A stretch of 51,826 nt of DNA from a virus. Lineage: Duplodnaviria > Caudoviricetes. The stretch's first letter is position 1. Each line of letters starts with the position of its first letter. The stretch covers positions 1 to 51,826 of the IMG/VR virus record IMGVR_UViG_3300031902_000012. One strand, given 5' to 3'. This document shows positions 37,476 through 47,611 of this stretch, piece by piece. Under the pieces are notes generated by a model that saw only the letters and a list, made by a program, of their open reading frames with translations, made no database searches and was not told the DNA's origin. The position numbers and the translations under genes were made by a program.

Positions 37476-37988
37476 TCATTTCAGATCGTCCCTTGTGATG
37501 CTGTAGACAAATACGTCCTGCGGCTCGTCGCTGATGTTTGGGAACATCTCGAATCGCCGCAGCCGGCCCTCTTTCGTCGCGCCAAGGCGTTCGGTCGTGC
37601 GCTGCCCCATGATGTTGTCAACGTGCACGTAGGACCACACTCGCCAGATTTGCGGGTGCGAAAAGATCCAGGCGACGAACGGCGCCGAGAATTCGCGGCC
37701 GAAGCCCCGCCGCTTGCCGTTCGACACCAGCGTGACCGTAGCAGAATGGCTGTGGATCTCCAGCCCGACGAGCCCAAGAAACGCGGGGCTCTCCTCGATC
37801 GCTAGCCATTTGGTGGGGCCGCCCGCCTGGTAGCGCTTAATCAGCGCTGCGGCATCGTCAAGGCTCACGAGCGGTCGCAGCCCGAGATACCGCACCGTCT
37901 CGGGATTGCCGAGCATCGTGAGCAAGCCCCAAGCGTCGCCGTTGCCGACATCGCAGATGGTGAAGCGGCCGAGCTGCGCGGGGTTCAT
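37476..37988 (-). CDS. GNAT family (RimJ/RimL-like) acetyltransferase
   Basis: RRGFGRE...VHVDN...RTTERLG..KEGRLR. Confidence 0.8.
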   Translation of the reverse strand: MNPAQLGRFTICDVGNGDAWGLLTMLGNPETVRYLGLRPLVSLDDAAALIKRYQAGGPTKWLAIEESPAFLGLVGLEIHSHSATVTLVSNGKRRGFGREFSAPFVAWIFSHPQIWRVWSYVHVDNIMGQRTTERLGATKEGRLRRFEMFPNISDEPQDVFVYSITRDDLK

Positions 37989-38992
37989 TCTGCGGCCCTC
38001 GGCAAGTCCCAAGGCATGGCGTGAGGCGTGGGCGCGACTTGAGCACGTTTGCAATTCTCGACAGCTTGACGCCAGTACGATGGTTTGAGTTCAGCGCCGA
38101 CCGCGCGTCGGCCCATCTGCAACGACACATAAAGTTCAGATCCGATGCCGGCAAACGGCGATAGCACCGTGTCTCCTGGGTTGCTCCACAAATCCACACA
38201 TCGACGGATTGGAGTCAGCTGCAGCGGCGATATGTGCGCTTCGTCCGCCTCTTCGCGAGCTTCTTTGCGCGACAACACGTCACCTTGCGCAATGTCAGAC
38301 CATACGGGCTCAGCGTACCGCTGCCAGACTGCAATGCTGTACTGCCGCGAGCCTGACGTTGCAATGCACGGCACCATTTTTTCACTTTCTTCATCCCACT
38401 CGCGACTCGGTAACGTACCGTCTGGCGTGGTTTCGGACCCATAATACGCATCAAACTGCCCCGCCACTGGTTCGGGGTTAACGCCGGGCTTGCGCATCGT
38501 CACTATGTAGTCGGGTATCGCCATACGCGAAAGACTGGAATCCTTGCAAATTTGTTTGTGCAGCAATCCGATGGCCTTCGTGCGCTGCATCGCCGAAACT
38601 GGATCTTTCCTGATCACAACTTCGGAGTGATAGTAAAACCCAGCGTCTTGATGAGCTTTAATGATGTCGCCACGAAAATCCCGCAACCCAATAAACCCAT
38701 CACGCATCTTAGATGTTGGCAAATTCATGCAATGGATCGACACCAGCCGCCCAGGCTTCGTCACTCGGAACACTTGGTCGATAAGAAAACGGTAATGCGT
38801 CCAAAAATCCGAGTCTGCACGGCAGTTGCTCATGTCACGCGGATCGTCGCTAAACGTATATAGCGATATGAACGGCGGACTGTATATCGTATAGTGCACG
38901 GACTCATCCGGCAAAGCACGAACCACGTCAACGCAATCGCCGTTCCACAGATGCCAGTCTGTTCCGCTCGCCTGATCGATTACCGCAGCCAT
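37985..38992 (-). CDS. DNA methyltransferase (N4-C/N6-A, beta class)
   Basis: GDCV, motif IV SPPF, HISPLQL, motif I VLSPFAGIGS. Confidence 0.9.
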   Translation of the reverse strand: MAAVIDQASGTDWHLWNGDCVDVVRALPDESVHYTIYSPPFISLYTFSDDPRDMSNCRADSDFWTHYRFLIDQVFRVTKPGRLVSIHCMNLPTSKMRDGFIGLRDFRGDIIKAHQDAGFYYHSEVVIRKDPVSAMQRTKAIGLLHKQICKDSSLSRMAIPDYIVTMRKPGVNPEPVAGQFDAYYGSETTPDGTLPSREWDEESEKMVPCIATSGSRQYSIAVWQRYAEPVWSDIAQGDVLSRKEAREEADEAHISPLQLTPIRRCVDLWSNPGDTVLSPFAGIGSELYVSLQMGRRAVGAELKPSYWRQAVENCKRAQVAPTPHAMPWDLPRAAE

Positions 38993-40380
38993 GTCGGGAT
39001 CTCCATTTTGTTTTTGTGGCGCTCTACTTCGCGAATGCCGTGTAGCGTCCTGGTCATCAGCGTTCGCGTGTGTTTCGACATTTCTTCGGCCATGCGGTCT
39101 GCCGCCGCTTCTTTTGCCGCGAGATTGTCTACAACTGCGCCTTCGGCAGTGGATGCGATAAAGTACGCACGCACCGGCTGCATCTGGCCAAAACGCCAAC
39201 ACCTGCGGATTGCCTGAAACAACTGCTCAAACGAGTCGTTTAACCCAACAAAGACCATGTCGGCACAGCGTTGAAAATTCATGCCCCATCCGGCAATGCT
39301 CGGTTTTGACACGAGCACGCGAATGGAGCCGTTTGCGAACCCCATCAGTCGCTCGGATTTTAAATCTGCGTGGTGGCTTCCGCGCACCTCGACGGCACCA
39401 AAAATCGCGGCCGTGAGCATTTCCGACTCGGTATTGGAGTTGCACCACACTAACCAAGGGCGATCCGGGTTTGCATTGACCAGTTCGGCAGCCGCGCGCA
39501 CTCGATCCGAGGTGCTGTCCCGCCGCGCTCGGAGCCGTTCAGATAGCGTGTGCGCAACCGGGAGATCGGATGGAACAGTAATAAATTCTTTGTGCAGCGG
39601 CGGTAAATCGTAACCCGGCTCATCATATCCGAGTTCGCGCGGGTGGCGCAACATGACGGACCAAGATGATAACCACGCCCAAAATTCTTGCTCGGCATGC
39701 CCTTTCAGACGCCACTCCGCGGATGGTTTTGATTTGCCGGCTTGGCGATCTTTGGCGCCGATTGCCTTCATGCCACCTTCATGGACAAACCACGTAGCAA
39801 GCATCTCTTTGGCGCTGCACACACCCAAAAATTCAGCGTGATTGCCCAGTTCGACATAGTCGTTTGGTGCTGGCGTCGCGGTGCACGGCAACCGAAACGG
39901 AATATCTTTGGTAAACTCTACCAGCTTCGCGCGTGTTTTGCTGTCGTGCGCCTTGATAATACTAGACTCATCCAAAACGATGCCAGCAAAAGCAGCAGGA
40001 TCGAAATTATCAATACGATCGTAGTTCGTGACGACAATCCTGGAACGCATGTCATCACGATGCGCGGCGTACTCTACCGAATCAATGTTGAACTTTTTCG
40101 CTTCCTGAACGGTCTGCTGAGCTACAGCCAGCGGCGCCAAGACCAACACCCTACGCCACATTGCGTCTTGCTGTACTGCTTGTGCCCAACTTAGCTGCTG
40201 AAATGTCTTTCCCAAGCCAGTGCCTGCGAACACCGCCGCGCGCCCGCGTTGCAACCCCCACGTTACGATGTCACGTTGAAACGGCCGCAATGCATCCGGC
40301 AGTTTACGAACCTCTAAACCTGCATGCACAGGAACGGCAGATTTTCGAGCTATGAAATCTTCGTACGGATTGGACATCAT
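38980..40380 (-). CDS. SNF2/DEAD-like helicase coupled to the methyltransferase
   Basis: GTGLGKT, LDESS, TATPAPND, QAIRRCWRFGQ. Confidence 0.9.
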   Translation of the reverse strand: MMSNPYEDFIARKSAVPVHAGLEVRKLPDALRPFQRDIVTWGLQRGRAAVFAGTGLGKTFQQLSWAQAVQQDAMWRRVLVLAPLAVAQQTVQEAKKFNIDSVEYAAHRDDMRSRIVVTNYDRIDNFDPAAFAGIVLDESSIIKAHDSKTRAKLVEFTKDIPFRLPCTATPAPNDYVELGNHAEFLGVCSAKEMLATWFVHEGGMKAIGAKDRQAGKSKPSAEWRLKGHAEQEFWAWLSSWSVMLRHPRELGYDEPGYDLPPLHKEFITVPSDLPVAHTLSERLRARRDSTSDRVRAAAELVNANPDRPWLVWCNSNTESEMLTAAIFGAVEVRGSHHADLKSERLMGFANGSIRVLVSKPSIAGWGMNFQRCADMVFVGLNDSFEQLFQAIRRCWRFGQMQPVRAYFIASTAEGAVVDNLAAKEAAADRMAEEMSKHTRTLMTRTLHGIREVERHKNKMEIPTWLR

Positions 40381-40431
40381 TTAAATAACCTCTAGGGATC
40401 AGAGTACGTTTTTAAGCGTACATGTCAATAG

Positions 40432-42339
40432 CTACTTCGCCATCCTTTTTGCTTCGTGGCCCTCGCAATCGAGCGGCAAACCTGCTGTCCAGTGCCGCGG
40501 CCGTTTCATTATCTCGCGCATTGCGGCCGATCGCTCTTTCGCAACGGCTTCAGGTGCCAACGCCAAAATAGAATCGTAAACGTCGAGCAGCAAGTGCACG
40601 TCCGGCAGCTCGCGCTCGATGTCGGCTTCAGCAGCTGTGATAATGGACCGTGTCATGCTCTGCGCCGCAATTTCGAGCAGCGAACCGCCGAACGCTTTTT
40701 GTCGCAGCATCGCGCCGAACTTGCCGCGAAAAAACAGCGTTTCGCCCTCGTGACTGATATGCGCGGAGTAGTGCGGCACGCGACGCCCGCAGGGTAGCAG
40801 CATCCACACTGTCGCGTGCGCATCCTTCTCGAATGCGACTTTGCCGGCCGGGAACACGCGGCCCGGCTGCTCGTAAATCGCGGCCTTGAAGGCGTCGGAT
40901 AGCGCGTACCAGAGCTTTACCAGCAGCGGGTTCGCTTTCCGATAGCCGTCGATGTCAGATCGCGCCTTGATCTCGTCCATGTTGTTGCCGGCGCGGCGCT
41001 GGTACGCCATGTATGTTCGGTGCCCGAGCTGGTAGTTGCCGCCGAGGGTCACGGATTTGTAGCTCTGTCGCTCATGCGGGTGTGTCTTCTTCGTCGATCC
41101 CGGCGGGACGCGGCCCATCGCAATGGCGTTGTAGATGTAGGGATCACCGCCGCTCGCCAGCAGTTCAAGACGCTCAGTGTCGCCGGCCATCCACAGCGCA
41201 ATTCGGTACTCCGCGTTCGACAGGTCGTTGTCGGCAATCATCCATCCGTCGGGTGCGACAATGCAGCCGCGTAGACAGTCGGAAAGCGCCGTGTTGCCGT
41301 AGCGGTGGCCTTCCTTGAGGCCCGCGATCACCTGGTCAACATCGTACCTCCCCGATGGGCGAGCAATGTTGAACATGTTCGCGCCTTCGGAGGTTCCGCG
41401 CCCCGATCGCGCGCCAAAGTAGCGCGTCGCGTCTTTGTACCAACCGCCAACGTGACGATCGAGCAGGGCTTGAGCTTTAAGCGGCGCGCTTCCCCCTTCT
41501 GCCTGAAGAAGTTCAAGCACTTCGCGAACGTCCGGGTGGAGATCGTCATCGGCCAGTTTCTCCGCTACAATGTGTTTCTGTGTGCTTTCCAGTCCTGCAG
41601 CATGGCTGTTGCACCACGCGACGATTCGCTGGCGCTGCGACAGCTTCGTCACGGCGTTCTGCGTCAGCGCCACGAGCCGCTGCGTGCTCTCCTGTTCGAT
41701 CTCCTGCCGGCGCAGCGCAATCGCCGTTGCAAGATGCAGATCAATCGGGAGCCCCAATTCGTTTTTGCGCCAGGTGCGCTCGAATACCAGCCTCTCGTCG
41801 GGCGAGAGCGGCGGCAGTCTAGCGTCGACGTCGAGCAGGCAGCGCAGATCCTGGTCGGCGTATTTGCAAAGCGTGGCGTAGAGGCTGACGCTCTCGTCGA
41901 AGGTGCCATCACGCCGCGGCCTGCAAGTCGCCATGACCGCGGCGTGGCCCTGCTTGTCCTTGCCGGCGACGCCCAGCGTTGTGCATACCTGGTCCAGCCC
42001 GCCCGGCAGCGCCATAGCCTGCGCGCGGCCCATCGTGCAATCAACTTTTGTTACGGGCAACTCAAAGAACGGGTTTTGTCCCTTGAGAACGTTGACGTCG
42101 AAGTTGGCGTGGTGCGCCACGAACCGGCGGCATTGCGCAGCGTCGGCGTAGAGCTCCGCGAGACTGTGCGTGCCGAGGTGCGGGTGCACGGTGCAGGCGC
42201 GCTTGCTGGCGCCCCGGAAGCGCCAGACCGCGACCGTGATCTGCGTCGAGCGATCGGCGGCGTAGCGGCGCGCGCCCGCGGCTTTCAGATCGATCCTGGA
42301 GCGCGTCTCCAGGTCGCACCAGAGGTCGTCGGGGTGCAT
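40432..42339 (-). CDS. DNA polymerase, family A
   Basis: Exo DLET and HHANFD; motif A DLSNAEYR; motif B RQSYKSVTLGGNY; motif C LDVYDS. Confidence 0.9.
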   Translation of the reverse strand: MHPDDLWCDLETRSRIDLKAAGARRYAADRSTQITVAVWRFRGASKRACTVHPHLGTHSLAELYADAAQCRRFVAHHANFDVNVLKGQNPFFELPVTKVDCTMGRAQAMALPGGLDQVCTTLGVAGKDKQGHAAVMATCRPRRDGTFDESVSLYATLCKYADQDLRCLLDVDARLPPLSPDERLVFERTWRKNELGLPIDLHLATAIALRRQEIEQESTQRLVALTQNAVTKLSQRQRIVAWCNSHAAGLESTQKHIVAEKLADDDLHPDVREVLELLQAEGGSAPLKAQALLDRHVGGWYKDATRYFGARSGRGTSEGANMFNIARPSGRYDVDQVIAGLKEGHRYGNTALSDCLRGCIVAPDGWMIADNDLSNAEYRIALWMAGDTERLELLASGGDPYIYNAIAMGRVPPGSTKKTHPHERQSYKSVTLGGNYQLGHRTYMAYQRRAGNNMDEIKARSDIDGYRKANPLLVKLWYALSDAFKAAIYEQPGRVFPAGKVAFEKDAHATVWMLLPCGRRVPHYSAHISHEGETLFFRGKFGAMLRQKAFGGSLLEIAAQSMTRSIITAAEADIERELPDVHLLLDVYDSILALAPEAVAKERSAAMREIMKRPRHWTAGLPLDCEGHEAKRMAK

Positions 42340-42434
42340 TGTTCAGCCTTGTCGGAAAGAGGGGCCGAGAGCCCATTTGCGGCGCTCCCGGCAGTTTAGC
42401 GGCTAGGGGGCAAAGCCCGCCGCAGGTTCTCGCG

Positions 42435-43106
42435 TCAGCGCGGCGCGAAGGGATTCGCGGGCGGCCCTGCGCTAAAAGGGCTTGCCGTCGTCGGGGCAGA
42501 TCCGGTCTGAGGGGCAGGCTGAAAACCCGCAACCTGGAGCCCCTGCGCCTGCGCGGCGGCCATCAACTCGGCACCTGAGACGCTATTCGCGAATACGATC
42601 TCCTCGCCGGGCGCGGTGAACACGACGGCATTGAGGAACAGCTTGACGCCGCGCGGATCGTTCTGCTTGACGGCCGCGGTGACGCCAGCCATGACGTAGT
42701 CGCCGGACTTCACGCCAGCCTTGCCGGGCAGTTTGACGAGCGCGCCGCCGGCCTGCACCAGCTCGACGTTCGGGGCGCCGTTGGTGTTGCCCGAGAACAT
42801 CCAATGACCCTTGGCGTAATCGGTTAGCTTGCCGGTCTTGACGTTCGGCAGGTCGCCGTCGAGTACGGGCCATGCGATGATGTGCGGGTTAGCCGCGAAC
42901 AACTTGCCACAGGCTGCTGCGATCCCGGCCAACGCCGGTTCCTGGTGCCATGCCGCCTGCGTCTTTGGCACGATGAACGAGGCGAAATAGCTGGGCTTGT
43001 CCTGCGGCTTGCCCTCAAACTCCCGGCTCGGCTCCCAAAGATGCCGCATATCGACGATGCGCGCGTTGAACACGGTTGCGGATTCGTATTGCTTTTGTGC
43101 TGCCAT
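42435..43106 (-). CDS. Single-stranded DNA-binding protein (DUF2815-like)
   Basis: LWEP...Y.ASFIVPK...DGD...GVKLFLNAV; lies between DUF2800 and PolA. Confidence 0.75.
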   Translation of the reverse strand: MAAQKQYESATVFNARIVDMRHLWEPSREFEGKPQDKPSYFASFIVPKTQAAWHQEPALAGIAAACGKLFAANPHIIAWPVLDGDLPNVKTGKLTDYAKGHWMFSGNTNGAPNVELVQAGGALVKLPGKAGVKSGDYVMAGVTAAVKQNDPRGVKLFLNAVVFTAPGEEIVFANSVSGAELMAAAQAQGLQVAGFQPAPQTGSAPTTASPFSAGPPANPFAPR

Positions 43107-43168
43107 TTTTCGATTTCCTTTTGCTAAGTTCCTAACGCTTGCACTGTACGGACATCAACGGATGTTTG

Positions 43169-43555
43169 TCAAGTATCTTCGAGGTCGGCCGCCACCAGCC
43201 ACAAAAGCGCGTGGTCAATCGTGTCGACGCGCACCACGGTTGGTAGGTTGTGAAAGATATTTTCGGCATCTGGACCGACCACGATCAGGATCTTGTTGCG
43301 CGCGACGGCGTAGCCAAACTCGACGTGACGTCCGCCGCTCGTGAACATCGCACCGGCGGGCAGAATCTTGGAAATCACGGCGTCGACCGCGTCGATGTCG
43401 TCCAAATCCCTCTGTGCCGCAGCAGCAAGCGTCATACCCTCCTCGTTGCCGTCGATCCATCTTGCGGTGCAGGTGTGGCCGGCGATTTCAAGTTTGCGGC
43501 GCCATTCCTGCATCTGGTTCATGCTGCTGTAGGGTGCGGCGAGGTAGATTTTCAT
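43169..43555 (-). CDS. Nucleoside 2-deoxyribosyltransferase-like protein
   Basis: KIYLAAPY...RDLDDIDAVDAVI...GRHVEFGYA. Confidence 0.75.
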   Translation of the reverse strand: MKIYLAAPYSSMNQMQEWRRKLEIAGHTCTARWIDGNEEGMTLAAAAQRDLDDIDAVDAVISKILPAGAMFTSGGRHVEFGYAVARNKILIVVGPDAENIFHNLPTVVRVDTIDHALLWLVAADLEDT

Positions 43556-43556
43556 G

Positions 43557-44507
43557 CTAATAGCTCACTTTCAACGGTGCTTCGGGCTTATGCGCGCCGA
43601 TGACAGCATATTGCTTACCGGCGGGGCCGAGCTTTTCGGCTGCGGCTGGCGAGACGGGTTTGACGCCTTTCGGGCCGAAGCTCTGCATCAGGAACGCCGC
43701 GGCCTGCTGCTCGTCGTTCCAGGCCCTATAGCTTCTGCCCGGCTTCAACGCGGCTCCGTCGACCTGCGCACCGAGCTTCAGCTTCGTTTCCAGTGCCTCT
43801 TCGTAGACCGCCTTGACGTCGCCAAGGGCGCGAATCATGCGGAGCATACGCACGATATCCTTCGGCTCCAGATCCTCGATCCGGCGACTCATGGCGCCCA
43901 TGAGGAACCCGGCGTCCGTCGCCATGGCGGGGCACGCCTGGAACGCGCGGCACCAACGACAGTGCGGCCCCGGCTTCGGCGCGCTGCGATCGGCGATCGC
44001 GGCCAGCACGCGCGCCTTGTGCGCCTCCACCTCGGCGCGGCTCGCTACCCACTGTTTCCACGGGTCGTCATCAAGCCCGTTCGGCTGGTAAATCACGAGA
44101 CGCCACCATGGCGAATCCATATGCGGCAGCAGCGCGGCGGCGTAGGTCAGGAGCTGCTTATTGTGGAAAGCGGGAACGTCCCACTTGCCAAATTTGGCGT
44201 CCAAGACGGTGCTGACCTGCCTTGACGGGTTAAAAATATCGACCGTCCCGCCGCACTCGTCTGTGATCTTTACGCGCAGCTCACGCTCCACGATCGGATA
44301 CCCGTCGTCGTACTCAAGCTGCGCCAGAAACGCCTCGACGTCGGGCAGCAGGCCAGCTTCCATGTCGGCGTGTGCTGCGGTGCCAGCGGCCGCTGCCGCG
44401 GTCGTAGTGGCGGGCTTCAACGGCTCTGGCACGGCGTATCGCGCCGACCATGAGCAGTTGAGCCACGTCTTGGCATCGGATGGCGGGTAGATCGCGTGAC
44501 TGGTCAT
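43557..44507 (-). CDS. DUF2800 family Cas4-like exonuclease
   Basis: HA..PS.A..W.NC, GTAAH, GTVD, LDAKFG, QL..YA, CRWC...CP. Confidence 0.85.
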   Translation of the reverse strand: MTSHAIYPPSDAKTWLNCSWSARYAVPEPLKPATTTAAAAAGTAAHADMEAGLLPDVEAFLAQLEYDDGYPIVERELRVKITDECGGTVDIFNPSRQVSTVLDAKFGKWDVPAFHNKQLLTYAAALLPHMDSPWWRLVIYQPNGLDDDPWKQWVASRAEVEAHKARVLAAIADRSAPKPGPHCRWCRAFQACPAMATDAGFLMGAMSRRIEDLEPKDIVRMLRMIRALGDVKAVYEEALETKLKLGAQVDGAALKPGRSYRAWNDEQQAAAFLMQSFGPKGVKPVSPAAAEKLGPAGKQYAVIGAHKPEAPLKVSY

Positions 44508-44587
44508 GGTTTCCTCTCAAAAAGTGCGGGGTGGCCATTTGCTGTAGCTCGTTTAAGCGCCGCAACCACGCGACGGCCCCCTGCTTT

Positions 44588-45082
44588 TTACGCCGTGATG
44601 CCCATCCACTTCGCGAGCTGCGCGAGCCGGTCGGGCGGCATCTTCGGCAGGAACACTTGGTCGATTTGCGCCATGGTGGCCTGCGCAGCCTCGGGACCAC
44701 ACTGCTCGCGGAACCAGCCCAACGCACCGTCGGCCGAGCTGGCGCCGCTTGAAAATGCAAAATCACGCTTGGCCGTGATTTTGCCGACCAGCGCGGCCAC
44801 CGCCGGGTCGACCGCGGGGGCGGCAGCGGCTGCAGGGAACGCCGACGCCAGAGCGGCAAAGGGCGCCGGGGGCGCAAGACCCGGTGGATTGAAAGCGGGG
44901 GCCTCGGCTGGCGGCTGCAAAGGGGCGGGCACGTTCAGCGCACCCGTAGCGACCTGGTTGAACGCGGGCGTCACGACCGGGGCCTCGTCGGCTGCTTCCT
45001 CCTTCTTCGTGCGCTTCGCCCTGCCCGAGACACGGAAGGCCTCGAAATCGTCCATCGAGTCAAATTCAACGGTAATTTTCAT
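44588..45082 (-). CDS. Ala/Pro-rich hypothetical protein upstream of DUF2800
   Basis: AGGAG RBS, TTGACA promoter upstream, typical position in this replication module. Confidence 0.7.
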   Translation of the reverse strand: MKITVEFDSMDDFEAFRVSGRAKRTKKEEAADEAPVVTPAFNQVATGALNVPAPLQPPAEAPAFNPPGLAPPAPFAALASAFPAAAAAPAVDPAVAALVGKITAKRDFAFSSGASSADGALGWFREQCGPEAAQATMAQIDQVFLPKMPPDRLAQLAKWMGITA

Positions 45083-45139
45083 CGTGTTCTGCTCCTGGTT
45101 TACGTTCGTGTGAATGTATGACAGTACGGAATTGTGCTG

Positions 45140-45430
45140 TCAAGTGGTGGGCGTTAAGTTTTGTAGCCGGTCCATGCGCTCAATCTCAGCGACGATCAGC
45201 GCGCCAGCCTTCACCAGTTCACGGCGTCGATCGCCTTCTTTCCACCAAACCGGGTCAAAAGGCCAGAGCCACTCCAGCAGCTGCGGACTTCGGCTGCGCG
45301 CAGGCGTAGCGTAGCAGGCCGCAGCTGCTGCAAGTTCCCCGCAGGTGTGTCGGTCGTCGTGACTTGGGGTCCAAGTCTCGACTTCGACTTGCCGACGACG
45401 TTCGGCTACTACATCTTCGATCGCTGTCAT
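45140..45430 (-). CDS. Conserved phage hypothetical protein
   Basis: AERRRQ...HDD.H..GELAAAAACY...WP...WWK...RRELVKAGALIVAEIER. Confidence 0.75.
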   Translation of the reverse strand: MTAIEDVVAERRRQVEVETWTPSHDDRHTCGELAAAAACYATPARSRSPQLLEWLWPFDPVWWKEGDRRRELVKAGALIVAEIERMDRLQNLTPTT

Positions 45431-47046
45431 CTCTGCAACGCCTGTCCTGTGTTGACGTCGCGCACCGCAGCCGCGACGTATCGTCCGTTGGGCGATCTCT
45501 TCAAAAAGACGTAATCGATTTCGGGAAGCGATTCATAGGGCCACACCGCGGTCGTGAACTTTGTCGTGAGCAGCCAGCCGCCGTGGTCCTGCTTGACCGG
45601 CGGGCTCACGATCGTTTGCCACGGCTCGGCCTCTAGGATCTTGCGAATGCTGACAGCCTCGGCGGCGCCCCCACGCGTTTTCAGATCCTTGCCGTGCTCG
45701 ACCAGGGTCGTGTTGTCGTAGCCGCAAAATGGACAGATCGGGTGCAGGAACGCGGCGTAGGTCTCCTCGCACGCGGCGCATTTCTTGATGTCGGCCTGCT
45801 GCGCGCCGCAATGCGGGCAGCGCATGCCATGAAAGTGCGGGTCGAATCGCTCGTCACACGCCTTGCAGCGTGGCGCCGAGCGGTGCAGCGCGTGGCAGGC
45901 CGGGCACGTCTTGCCGTGCTCCCACGTCTCCCACTCCTCCAGGCATGCCAGGTCGTCGCAGGTCAGCATCTTGCCGGGCGAGGCCATGACAGCGTCGAGC
46001 GCGCCGTGGCGCTGAATGTTGCCGCCAAAATCCGACACGAGGCAGTTGGTTACGCGCGGGTGCGCTCGGGCGCCGCGGCCGAGACCCTGCAAATAGAACC
46101 CTGCGGACTTCGTTGCGCGCCAAAACGCGATGTAGTCGATGTCCTGGACGTCGAAACCCGTGTTGAACATGTTGCACGACACCAGGATGCCGCCGGCTGG
46201 GTCGCTGCGGAACGCGTCCACTGACTTGTCGCGCTTACCTTCAACAGATCGTGAATGCACGCCGTAGACGTGCGTGTTCGTCAGTTTCTTGAGCTCGGCT
46301 TCCGCTTTGTCGACATGCGCGACGTTGCAGCAAAACACCAGCACACGCTTGCGGTCAAATTTGCGCATGACGTCGACGACGGTCTTGGCGTGGCTCGGCA
46401 CCAGCTTGATTGCGCGCGGCGCCATCTCGTCCAGGTCGTAGTCGCCGGCAACCGTTGCCAGGCCCTCGGTGTCGATCGTCTCGTCTTCGCCTGCGTCGAC
46501 AGGCACCAGCGGCTTGACATAGCCATCGCGCAGTGCGTCCAGGAAGGTGTAGCGGTACACGATCGGGCCAAACGTCTTTGTCAGGTCGCCGGTGCCGTCG
46601 TCGCGGAACGGCTGCCCCGTCAGACCGTGCACCTTCGCGTGCGGAATCTTCCCGAAAAGCTTGCGGTATTGCGATGACTTAGCGGGCGGGACGCGGTGCA
46701 CCTCGTCGACCAGGATCGCGACGACGTCGCGGAACATGCGGACCCGATTGATGATGGTGCCGATTGTGCCTACCGTCACCCGCGCAAAGGCGTTCGTTGC
46801 GATCGAAGATGAGCATATGCCAGGTGACAACCCGATGGTCTTGCACGCCGCGGCGTTGTGTTTCACCAGTTCCTTGTTGTGCGCCACGACTATGACGCGT
46901 CCAAACTGACTATAGTGGTGCGCCAGCATGGCGAGCATGAGACTTTTCCCGCCGGCAACCGACACCTCAGCGACCGAAAACCGGTCGTCGTAAGCGACGA
47001 GCGCCGAGGTGCCTTTGATTTGGTGGTCGCGGGGCTGGAATGTCAT
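45427..47046 (-). CDS. SF2 DEAD/H helicase with C-terminal Zn ribbons (RadD/YejH-like)
   Basis: GGKS, DEVH, TGFD, Q.LGRGAR, DFGGN..RHG, multiple CxxC. Confidence 0.88.
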   Translation of the reverse strand: MTFQPRDHQIKGTSALVAYDDRFSVAEVSVAGGKSLMLAMLAHHYSQFGRVIVVAHNKELVKHNAAACKTIGLSPGICSSSIATNAFARVTVGTIGTIINRVRMFRDVVAILVDEVHRVPPAKSSQYRKLFGKIPHAKVHGLTGQPFRDDGTGDLTKTFGPIVYRYTFLDALRDGYVKPLVPVDAGEDETIDTEGLATVAGDYDLDEMAPRAIKLVPSHAKTVVDVMRKFDRKRVLVFCCNVAHVDKAEAELKKLTNTHVYGVHSRSVEGKRDKSVDAFRSDPAGGILVSCNMFNTGFDVQDIDYIAFWRATKSAGFYLQGLGRGARAHPRVTNCLVSDFGGNIQRHGALDAVMASPGKMLTCDDLACLEEWETWEHGKTCPACHALHRSAPRCKACDERFDPHFHGMRCPHCGAQQADIKKCAACEETYAAFLHPICPFCGYDNTTLVEHGKDLKTRGGAAEAVSIRKILEAEPWQTIVSPPVKQDHGGWLLTTKFTTAVWPYESLPEIDYVFLKRSPNGRYVAAAVRDVNTGQALQR

Positions 47047-47297
47047 AGGTCGTCCAGAACCTTCTGGGCAGCGTCCGCCGCTTTGACGACGTTTTCCGGC
47101 ACGTCGTCTGCGCTGATTTCTTCAAGCAAATCTTCCAACGCGGTCATAAGCATGTCGCGTTCTTCGGCGACCTCGTCGTTTTCTGCTGCCGAATCTTCCA
47201 AGTCTAGCAGTTTGTCGATCGCGTCGATGAATTGCGGCGGTGCGCCGAACTCGATCGCGTGCGCGCGCAGCCAGTCGACCAGCTCTCGCGTCGTCAT
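47043..47297 (-). CDS. Hypothetical acidic protein
   Basis: ORF beginning MTTRELVDWLR; start uncertain. Confidence 0.55.
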   Translation of the reverse strand: MTTRELVDWLRAHAIEFGAPPQFIDAIDKLLDLEDSAAENDEVAEERDMLMTALEDLLEEISADDVPENVVKAADAAQKVLDDL

Positions 47298-47338
47298 GCT
47301 GCTGCGCGCCGGCAGTGCCGCCCAGGGAAGCCACGCCA

Positions 47339-47611
47339 TCACAGCCCCGCGAGGTGTTGTAGATCGCGGTCAAACGCTTCGCGCAGCTTTGCAACCGTAG
47401 CGTTGAACACGTCGTCGCGGCTGCCGTGGCCGCCAACGACAGCCAACGCCATCACGCCAGCCAAGCCGTCGACGTAGCTCGCGACAACGGCTTGGCTCAC
47501 GCGCTGGTGCTTGCGGATCACGAACGAGAAGTTATGCAGGTGTTGCGTGAACATGTCGCGCGCCAGGACGGCGGCAGCGGGTTCGATCTTCAGTCCGTCG
47601 TTCATGTTCAT
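47339..47611 (-). CDS. Hypothetical protein
   Basis: ORF beginning MNMNDGLKIEP. Confidence 0.6.
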   Translation of the reverse strand: MNMNDGLKIEPAAAVLARDMFTQHLHNFSFVIRKHQRVSQAVVASYVDGLAGVMALAVVGGHGSRDDVFNATVAKLREAFDRDLQHLAGL

